From Clostridiales bacterium (GTDB lineage Bacteria > Bacillota > Clostridia > Christensenellales > UBA3700), in contig SVHF01000001.1 in assembly GCA_015055975.1 (NCBI GenBank), forward strand, positions 134,752 to 198,751: 64,000 nt of DNA, in the 5' to 3' direction. Positions within the stretch are counted from its first letter, which is position 1; the number at the start of each line of letters is the position of its first letter. A program made the translations under genes and the position numbers. The notes beneath the pieces are model-generated. The model did no database searches and was not told the origin of the DNA. It saw nothing but the letters and a program-made list of their open reading frames with translations. Shown one piece after another: positions 38,012 through 45,379 of this stretch.

Positions 38012-38785
38012 ATGGTGGTTATGATAGATAAAAGAACTAAAGTTATCGGATTAAAGGAATTAGAACTTACTAATGACGATTTGTTTGTTAGAAAATCTAT
38101 CACGGGCATTTCAGAAGATTCAAAAGTAATAGTGGATGAAACTCATGTAGCAATATTGTTAAAAGATGGTATTGCGCTTGAAACATTAAGACCTGGTATT
38201 TATCCAATTTATTCAAAAAATACTTTATTTTCTAAATCAACAAAACTAGATACAACAAGACTTGAATTGTTCTTCATTTCGAAAACTGCAAAAGTTAGGA
38301 TTTTATGGGGTACTCCAGCACTTTTTGATATACATGATCCAATTTCTGGTATTGCAGCAAAGATGGGAGCTAGTGGAGAAATCGAAATTAGAATCAAAAA
38401 TCCAAGACAATTCTATATTGAAGTTGTAGGGTCAAATGCAAAGTTTACTGTTGAAGATTTAAAAGAAAGATTAAAGGGTGTAATTTTATCTAGAATTGAG
38501 CCAACAATTTCATCATATATTGAAGTTGATGAAGTACCTTTAGATAGAATCGGAGAAGAAAAACTATCTATTGCAAGATACTTACAACAAGATTTAAAGC
38601 GTGAACTTAGTCTAAATTATGGGCTTGAAGTTAGCAATGTTATAGTTAGCAATGTAAATATTGCGGATAAATACAAAGAAGAAGCAGCTACAAAACTAAG
38701 AGGCGAGATGGCATGTCCTCATTGTGGCGTAAAACTTGTTCCAGGAAGCAAGTTCTGTAATAACTGTGGTATGAAGGTGAGATAA
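38012..38785 (+). CDS. SPFH/Band-7 (COG4260, YdjI-like) protein with a C-terminal zinc ribbon
   Basis: Beta-rich N-terminal half and SPFH-like core (GASGEIEIRIKNPRQF..., LNYGLEVSNVIVSNVNI). C-terminal CPHCGVKLVPGSKFCNNCG. No TM helix. Confidence 0.65.
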   Translation: MVVMIDKRTKVIGLKELELTNDDLFVRKSITGISEDSKVIVDETHVAILLKDGIALETLRPGIYPIYSKNTLFSKSTKLDTTRLELFFISKTAKVRILWGTPALFDIHDPISGIAAKMGASGEIEIRIKNPRQFYIEVVGSNAKFTVEDLKERLKGVILSRIEPTISSYIEVDEVPLDRIGEEKLSIARYLQQDLKRELSLNYGLEVSNVIVSNVNIADKYKEEAATKLRGEMACPHCGVKLVPGSKFCNNCGMKVR

Positions 38786-39129
38786 TGGGTTTATTTTCAA
38801 AGAAAGGAATCAGTATAGATTTATCTAATGCTCATATCGCAAAGGTATTAGAGGTAAGACAAACGCTTGAAGCAAATGCTAATAAATTAAAGGCTATAAT
38901 GTTCCAAGCATCAGATAGCGAGAAAAAGATATTGGCTCAAGCTTATATAGATATCAAATATGCAAATCCATTAGTTGATGAAAAAATCGCACAAATAGAT
39001 GACGAAATATCAAAAACTTTAGATGATTTAAAGTTAAACTATGCTAGACGTGTTAAAAGTGAATTAACTATTGCGAATAAAATTAATAGTTTATTGGAAT
39101 TAATACAACAACGACAAGCGTTGGAGTAG
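38785..39129 (+). CDS. Small (114 aa) coiled-coil protein starting MGLFSKK
   Basis: All-helical heptad-like sequence. Shares the MGL(F/L) N-terminus with the next two genes. ATG overlaps the upstream stop (TAATG). Confidence 0.4.
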   Translation: MGLFSKKGISIDLSNAHIAKVLEVRQTLEANANKLKAIMFQASDSEKKILAQAYIDIKYANPLVDEKIAQIDDEISKTLDDLKLNYARRVKSELTIANKINSLLELIQQRQALE

Positions 39130-39140
39130 TAGGAGGATAA

Positions 39141-39767
39141 ATGGGATTATTATCATTTTTTAGATTTAGAAAACTAAAGAGAGAAGATGTTGTTGAATCA
39201 ATCGTAAAACTTGAAAAGCAACAACAAGAAATCGAAGATGGCATCGTAGACAAAGAGGCTCATATTCAAGAACTTTTAGCAAAAGGTAAGAAAGAAAAGT
39301 CTCAAGAAATACGTTTAATGTATGCTAAACAAATTAATTATCTAAAAGAACAAAAAACTAGAGATGCAAAACGTGGCATGTATTTAACATATAACATCAA
39401 CATGATGAACAAGTTAAAAGATGCTATGGAAGATAAAGAATTCTTTACTACATCTAGCAAGATCCAATTAAACAAGTTGCTTGCTGATCAAAAGGGCTTA
39501 GCTAGATACCTAAATAAGGCATTGAAGGTAAGAATTAAAGAAGAAGATGTATTAACTAATGCAGATGAAACATTCAACGAAGTTGCATCTATGTATGAAG
39601 ATAATGACACAATTTATGGAGCAGGCAAGACAGATGACCAATTATTGGCTATGTTTGAAGAAGGCGATGCTGCAGATGAATTAGAAACAATACAAAATAT
39701 AGATGAAAAGGGCGAAGCTGCCTTATTATCAAAAACATTTGAGGAGACAGACAATGGGACTATTTAA
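39141..39767 (+). CDS. ESCRT-III (Snf7/CHMP4-like) superfamily protein
   Basis: 208 aa. MGLLSFFRFRK N-terminus. Basic helical hairpin (ESIVKLEKQQQEIEDGIV...ELLAKGKKEKSQEIRLMYAKQINYLKEQ) parallels Snf7 alpha1-alpha2. Acidic C-terminal third. Confidence 0.6.
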   Translation: MGLLSFFRFRKLKREDVVESIVKLEKQQQEIEDGIVDKEAHIQELLAKGKKEKSQEIRLMYAKQINYLKEQKTRDAKRGMYLTYNINMMNKLKDAMEDKEFFTTSSKIQLNKLLADQKGLARYLNKALKVRIKEEDVLTNADETFNEVASMYEDNDTIYGAGKTDDQLLAMFEEGDAADELETIQNIDEKGEAALLSKTFEETDNGTI

Positions 39768-40341
39768 GAGCAAAGAAGAAAAACAAATCGAAGCAAAAAT
39801 GAAGGTCAAACAAACAATTAATAAGTTTAACAAGCAAATTTCTAAATTTGAAGAGCAAAAGAAGGTATATCTTGATGCTGCAAAGCGTGCTAAAAGACTT
39901 GGCCTTCCAGATGAAGTTAGATTAGCAATTACTGGATACCTATTGACAACAAATCAACAAAAGAGAGCACAAAAGATGCTTCTAAACTTTGAGATTGCTG
40001 CTCAAATGAAAGATATGGAAGTTATGAATGCTGAATTCTTGAAGAGCTTAGGCGATGTATCTAAGGATATGATAAAGCTTACAAACAATAAGGATTTTGC
40101 AAAAGTTCAAGCTCAATTTGAAAAGGCTATGGCTTTATCTCAAACAAGAGCAGAACAAATGGATATGTATCTTGAGTCTTCTCAAACAGAATTTGCAGCT
40201 CAAACAGGCGATGCAAGTTCAATTTCTGATGACGAAATCGATTCACTTGTTACAGAACTTGCTTCTCAAGACGAAATCAATGAATCTACAATTGATGCTC
40301 AATTAGAAAAGATTCACCAAAAAATGTCTCAAACATCATAA
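39754..40341 (+). CDS. ESCRT-III (CHMP3/Vps24- or Vps2-like) superfamily protein with a MIM-like C-terminus
   Basis: MGLFKSKEEK (compare human CHMP3 MGLFGKTQEK). KFEEQKKVYLDAAKRAKRLG...QQKRAQKMLLNF...MKDM...LGDVSKDM follows the CHMP helix pattern. Acidic tail ends IDAQLEKIHQKM. GAGGAG RBS. Starts 14 nt inside the previous gene. Confidence 0.65.
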   Translation: MGLFKSKEEKQIEAKMKVKQTINKFNKQISKFEEQKKVYLDAAKRAKRLGLPDEVRLAITGYLLTTNQQKRAQKMLLNFEIAAQMKDMEVMNAEFLKSLGDVSKDMIKLTNNKDFAKVQAQFEKAMALSQTRAEQMDMYLESSQTEFAAQTGDASSISDDEIDSLVTELASQDEINESTIDAQLEKIHQKMSQTS

Positions 40342-40348
40342 GAGGATT

Positions 40349-41785
40349 ATGGAAGATATAACAATTTTAAGAGATAAATATGACATTCTTTTAAAGAAAG
40401 CCGAAACAGCTGATGCTATGGGCAATTATTCTATTGCGTATAGAAATTATATGTTAGCTGCAGAAACTATGCTTAAAATTGCAAAAACATCTACGCCAGA
40501 ACTAAAGAAAGTTCAAATTAAGCGTGCAAATGATTTAGTTGCAAGAGCAGAACTTCTAGGCAATCCACCACAAACTCCAAAAAGATCTGCATCTCAACCT
40601 CAAGCTAAAGGTCAAGAAACTCAAAGAAATGAGGAAGAAGATACAGGAAAAGAGTGGGTAGGAGCTGAGATTCCAAATATCAAGTTCAAAGATGTAGCAG
40701 GATTGGATGAAGTTAAAAAGACTGTCATGACTAGAATGATAAATCCAGTTTTGTATCCAGATAAGTATGCAAAATATGGTAAAAAGGTAGGCGGTGGCGT
40801 TTTACTATATGGGCCTCCAGGAACAGGTAAGACATTTATCGCAAAAGCAATCGCCGGTGAAGTAGGCGCAACATTCTATGCAATTAAAGGCTCAGATATT
40901 ATGAGCAAATATGTAGGCGAATCAGAAAAGAACATTTCTTCTTTATTTGAAGCTGCTAAAGAACAAAAGTTATCTATCATCTTTATTGATGAAATGGATT
41001 CATTATTTGGAGAAAGAGGAAAAGATACACATAACGATAAGCGTGTTAATGAATTCCTACAACAAATCGATGGATTTGCTTCAAAGACGGATAACTTATT
41101 AATCTTGGGTGCTACAAATAGGCCATGGGATGTAGATTCAGCTGCAGTTAGATCTGGAAGATTTTCAGAAAAGATCTATGTTCCACTTCCTGATGAAAAG
41201 GCAAGAGAGTTTATGTTCAAGCATAACCTTGAAAATGTGCCACTAGGAAACGATGTAGATTTTGATAAATTAGTAGGCTTAACAGATGGCTATTCTGGTG
41301 CAGATATTGCCGAAATTTGCGATAGAGCAAAAGAAGATCCACTAAACATCTATATTAAAACAGATGTTGAAGAACCAGTATCTATGAAATACATAGAAGC
41401 TGCAATAAAGAAAGTAAAACCAACAGTTAGCAAGCTAGAAATCAGAAGATTTGAAGAATATGCAGGCATTAATAGAGATGAGGAAAAACCACAAGCTCCA
41501 ACTAAAGAGAAATGTGATGTTAAATTTGCAAGTACTCAAATTCAACTTTTACCAAATCAAAAGCCAGTATTAGAATTCACGCTATCTCGCGATTTTGATA
41601 AGGTGTATTTAGCTATTGATGGTTCTAACTATATTTGTAATAAAAAATTAGCATCATGGGAAAGCGAGCCTCTTAATATCAAAGATGCTGGCACTTATGA
41701 TGTAGAAATCACGTCGAATAACTTTAAAGCCGTAGGGAGAATTTCATTTATTAAAGGACTAGAAGAAGACGATCTAGGCCTATAA
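40349..41785 (+). CDS. Vps4/CdvC-like AAA ATPase: N-terminal MIT domain, one AAA cassette, extra C-terminal beta-rich domain
   Basis: MIT: KAETADAMGNYSIAYRNYMLAAETMLKIAK...IKRANDLVARAELL (compare Vps4 KAGNYEEAL..Y..A......K...I..K...YLDRAEKL). Walker A GPPGTGKT, Walker B IIFIDEMD, SRH GATNRPWDVDSAAVRSGRF. Confidence 0.8.
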   Translation: MEDITILRDKYDILLKKAETADAMGNYSIAYRNYMLAAETMLKIAKTSTPELKKVQIKRANDLVARAELLGNPPQTPKRSASQPQAKGQETQRNEEEDTGKEWVGAEIPNIKFKDVAGLDEVKKTVMTRMINPVLYPDKYAKYGKKVGGGVLLYGPPGTGKTFIAKAIAGEVGATFYAIKGSDIMSKYVGESEKNISSLFEAAKEQKLSIIFIDEMDSLFGERGKDTHNDKRVNEFLQQIDGFASKTDNLLILGATNRPWDVDSAAVRSGRFSEKIYVPLPDEKAREFMFKHNLENVPLGNDVDFDKLVGLTDGYSGADIAEICDRAKEDPLNIYIKTDVEEPVSMKYIEAAIKKVKPTVSKLEIRRFEEYAGINRDEEKPQAPTKEKCDVKFASTQIQLLPNQKPVLEFTLSRDFDKVYLAIDGSNYICNKKLASWESEPLNIKDAGTYDVEITSNNFKAVGRISFIKGLEEDDLGL

Positions 41786-41793
41786 GGTGAGTT

Positions 41794-43233
41794 ATGGCAG
41801 AAGTAGTAGCAAAATTAAAAGAATCATTTGATGGGATGATTGTTAAAAAGTCATCTTTGCAAGGTGTATTTTCATCATTGAATTTACCTGCGTTTATTAG
41901 AGATTGGTTCTTAAAAAGGTACGCAGATAAAGATGGTAGCGTTAATGTTAATTTTGTACTTGAAAAGATTAAAGACGTAATGCCAAGAAAGGATGAATGG
42001 AATTCTTATCTTGATAGACTCCTAAATGGAGAAAGGGTAAAGTTTCTAGCAAAGATTATTATTGATATCGATATAAAGACTGAAATAATAACTTTTGCGC
42101 TTCCAGATTTTGGCGTTTCATTTAAACAAACACACATTCCAAAATCTGTTTGGGATAAGCACAAAAAAGAATTGCTTGTAACAGACGGCGAGTTTTGGGG
42201 CATTTTGGATCTTGAATATAAGCAAATTCAAAATGGTAAAAAGCAAGAAGGAAAGATATCTTTAGTAGATTTTAAAGACTTTAGGCCATACAAGGTTGAT
42301 TTGGGATTCTTTAAAGAAGCAAGAAAGAACTTTGAAATTGACGAATGGATTGATGTTCTTCTTGGCGCAATTGATTACAACGCAAATGGATTTAAAGATG
42401 AAAATCAAAAAATAACAATGCTTACAAGATTGTTGCCATTTGTAGAAGAAAGATTGAATTTGATGGAACTTGCGCCAAAGGGAACAGGAAAGAGCTATAT
42501 CTTTTCTCAAATATCTAAAAAAGGATGGCTAGTTTCTGGTGGCGTTATGACTAGAGCCAAGATGTTCTATGATATGAATAAACATCAAGATGGCTTAGTA
42601 TCTTTTTATGATTATGTAGCGCTAGATGAAATATCTACAATTAAGTTCCCAGATATCGATGAGATGCGTGGAGCTATGAAAGGATATTTAGAAGCTGGAA
42701 CATATAACGTTGGAAATAAAGCAGGTTCTGGAAAAGCAGGTGTTGTTTTGCTAGGTAATATCCGTGAAGAGAAGATGGATGTTAACAACAACATGCTAGA
42801 AGAATTGCCACCACTTTTTGAAGATTCTGCATTAATTGATAGATTCCATGGATTTATCAAAGGCTGGGATGTTCCAAGAATGAACGAAGACATGAAAGTT
42901 AACGATTGGGCATTAAATACAGAATATTTCTCTGAGATAATGCATGCATTAAGAGAAGATGTTATAGAAAAAGCAATCGTTGATGAATTGGTCGAAGTTC
43001 CAAAGGATGCAGATACAAGAGACACAAAAGCAATTAAGAGAATTGCAACAGCATATGTAAAACTATTCTTCCCACACTGGACAAGTGTAGATGATGTAAA
43101 TAAGGAAGAATTTAAAAAATACTGTCTAGATAGAGCAGTAGAAATGAGAAAAATAATTAAAACTCAATTAGGAATCATGGATAGCGAATATAAAAAGCAT
43201 CCAGTTCAAGAGTTTAAGATAAAGGGAGAGTAA
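41794..43233 (+). CDS. BrxL-type (TIGR02688/PF13337-like) AAA+ ATPase lacking the Lon-protease domain
   Basis: Blocks EWIDVLLGAI, RLLPFVEERLNLMELAPKGTGKSYIF, LVSGGVMTRAKMFYDM, YDYVALDEIS and IDRFHGFIKGWDVPRM match BrxL as I recall it. 479 aa, ending before where the Lon domain would begin. Confidence 0.8.
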   Translation: MAEVVAKLKESFDGMIVKKSSLQGVFSSLNLPAFIRDWFLKRYADKDGSVNVNFVLEKIKDVMPRKDEWNSYLDRLLNGERVKFLAKIIIDIDIKTEIITFALPDFGVSFKQTHIPKSVWDKHKKELLVTDGEFWGILDLEYKQIQNGKKQEGKISLVDFKDFRPYKVDLGFFKEARKNFEIDEWIDVLLGAIDYNANGFKDENQKITMLTRLLPFVEERLNLMELAPKGTGKSYIFSQISKKGWLVSGGVMTRAKMFYDMNKHQDGLVSFYDYVALDEISTIKFPDIDEMRGAMKGYLEAGTYNVGNKAGSGKAGVVLLGNIREEKMDVNNNMLEELPPLFEDSALIDRFHGFIKGWDVPRMNEDMKVNDWALNTEYFSEIMHALREDVIEKAIVDELVEVPKDADTRDTKAIKRIATAYVKLFFPHWTSVDDVNKEEFKKYCLDRAVEMRKIIKTQLGIMDSEYKKHPVQEFKIKGE

Positions 43234-45377
43234 TGAAGTTAACAGCGTTTCAATGCCCAATATGTATGAGTACGCATTTTAGAAAAGAGCAAGATGCTTA
43301 TGTTTGCGAATCATGCGGTAATACTTATACAGAAAAACAAGCAGATAGCCAAATGTTTATCGATCTTAGAATCGCAAATAGACATAGACAATTTGCTGAG
43401 TTTTCTAAAGCAAAAGAAATATATACAGAAATCATCGCAAAATACAAAGATGAAGAAGATGTTTCTTCTGCTTATTGGGGTTTATTGCTATGCGATCAAT
43501 CAGTAATGCTTGAAGTTGACAATCAAGGCCAACTATTCCCATCGTTTTATAGAGTTAAATCTATGCCAATTGAAGAAACTGATGCTTATAAAAAGTTGAT
43601 GAAATACGTCAAAAAGCATGCTGAAGAAAAGTTGGACGATTATCAAGAGAGAATAAATATCATCGAATCAGCTAGAGATAAGGCCAATGTTATAGCAAAT
43701 TCTTCAAAACCATATGATGTATTCATTTGTTTTAAGAAAACTCAACTTGATTCAGATATGGTAACTCCAGATTATGATGTAGCAAATGAAATCTATAATG
43801 AGCTATCTACAAAATATAAAGTATTCTATTCTGAAAAGTCTTTAAGAAATATTAGAGTTAGAGATTTTGAGCCAAATATCTATTATGGACTTTATACTGC
43901 AAAAGTAATGCTTATCATTTGCTCAAAGCGTGAATTTTTGGAATCTCATTGGATGAAAAATGAGTGGAAGAGATTCATGGAATTAAATAAATCTAGAGAT
44001 CAAGATTATAAGAGCATTATTCCTATCTTTATAGACAACTTTACTGAAGAAGATTTGCCAGATGAACTTGCACATAAGCAAGCTCTAAAATATGGTATAT
44101 CTTTAATTTCAGATATCGATAAAACTCTACAAAAGATTATTAACCCAATCGATAAAGATGAAGAGCAACAAAAGCAAATTGAAATGCTTATGGCTAATCA
44201 AAAGAAAATCTTAGAGGAGTGGTCAAAGCGTGAAAGCCAAACAATTGAGTTTAGCCAAGAGCAAGGAAAACCAAGATTGACTCCACAAGAAGAAAAAATT
44301 AGATCAATTTTAAAGCTAGCAAAAGTTAACATCGAAGATTTGGGTAATTTCGACGAAGCAGAAGGACAAGTTAGAAAAGCACAAGAAATTGATGCTGAAA
44401 ATTATGTAACTTGGTTCTACAAATTGATGATAGATTTCAAGGCTCAATCAATTGATGAGCTTATTATGCATGATAACTTCAGAGATAGCGTAAATTATAG
44501 ACTATTTGTTAAATATGCAAATAAAGCAGGAAAAGGCGATGATGTTCAAAAGCTTGAAGGAGCTAGAGAAGATTTCTTAAGAGCCTCAGCTCAAAAAGTA
44601 AATGATTTATTGCAAGCTTTAAAAGATAATCCAAATCCACTTGAAGAAGATGTCGGAAAGATAAAACTAGTTTACGAATCACTTCCTAAAGAAGCTCAAC
44701 AATATGTCGTTGATTTGAAAGAAACAATTTTAAACGCAAGAAAACAAATGCGTGAAAACAAAATTGGCAACTTTAAAACAAGACTAACTATGGTTAGCAA
44801 TAAAGAGCATCCAAATTACGACGATATTTTGAAGATTGAGGAAGAATATGAGAATTTGTCCGAAGATGAGCGAGATTTGGCTGGAGATGGCTATAAACAA
44901 GTCATAACGGATGCATCTAATAAGATGAAGGATGCAAAAGTTCAAAAAGTTCAACAAGCTTTGATAACAATTGATAATCAAGAGAATCCTTCTCGTGATG
45001 ATTTGATTCATATAGAGAAGATGTATAACGAATTAGAAGACAAGTCTAAAGCTTCTGTTCATGACTATAAAGAGATAATGCTAAGAGCATACGATAAAAA
45101 GTATATTAACGATGCTAAATTGTTATCTAAATACTTAACAAAATTGCCAACAGAAAAAGTTCCAAATAGAGATATCTATACGAAACTTGAAAATAGATAT
45201 AAAGCACTTCCAAAGAAATACAGATTAATGGTAGAGCATATTGAATATTTGGACGATTATTACGATAAGTTAATAGCATCTGAAGGCGGAAAAGTAACAA
45301 CTGTTGAAAAACAACAAGAAAATATAAAGACAACAAAGGGAGAGCCAGCGAAAAAGAAAAAACACTGGTTGTGGTAG
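43233..45377 (+). CDS. Zinc-ribbon / TIR-domain / TPR-like and four-repeat helical protein
   Basis: CPICMS...CESCG ribbon (residues 8-29). TIR core from YDVFICF (residue 161) to SHWMKNEWKRF with candidate catalytic Glu244 (43962-43964). Four 58-60 aa repeats at residues 466-680. Confidence 0.8.
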   Translation: MKLTAFQCPICMSTHFRKEQDAYVCESCGNTYTEKQADSQMFIDLRIANRHRQFAEFSKAKEIYTEIIAKYKDEEDVSSAYWGLLLCDQSVMLEVDNQGQLFPSFYRVKSMPIEETDAYKKLMKYVKKHAEEKLDDYQERINIIESARDKANVIANSSKPYDVFICFKKTQLDSDMVTPDYDVANEIYNELSTKYKVFYSEKSLRNIRVRDFEPNIYYGLYTAKVMLIICSKREFLESHWMKNEWKRFMELNKSRDQDYKSIIPIFIDNFTEEDLPDELAHKQALKYGISLISDIDKTLQKIINPIDKDEEQQKQIEMLMANQKKILEEWSKRESQTIEFSQEQGKPRLTPQEEKIRSILKLAKVNIEDLGNFDEAEGQVRKAQEIDAENYVTWFYKLMIDFKAQSIDELIMHDNFRDSVNYRLFVKYANKAGKGDDVQKLEGAREDFLRASAQKVNDLLQALKDNPNPLEEDVGKIKLVYESLPKEAQQYVVDLKETILNARKQMRENKIGNFKTRLTMVSNKEHPNYDDILKIEEEYENLSEDERDLAGDGYKQVITDASNKMKDAKVQKVQQALITIDNQENPSRDDLIHIEKMYNELEDKSKASVHDYKEIMLRAYDKKYINDAKLLSKYLTKLPTEKVPNRDIYTKLENRYKALPKKYRLMVEHIEYLDDYYDKLIASEGGKVTTVEKQQENIKTTKGEPAKKKKHWLW

Positions 45378-45379
45378 AT

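Noticed and set aside
38012-45377. Whether the ESCRT/TIR operon is a recently acquired island (composition shift, flanking mobile elements, tRNA).
   Set aside because: - By eye its base composition and codon style match the neighbours.
- There are no flanking repeats, integrase or IS.
- It is welded to nrdR.
- Horizontal origin therefore cannot be claimed from this window alone. A proper GC-skew or codon-adaptation calculation was not done.
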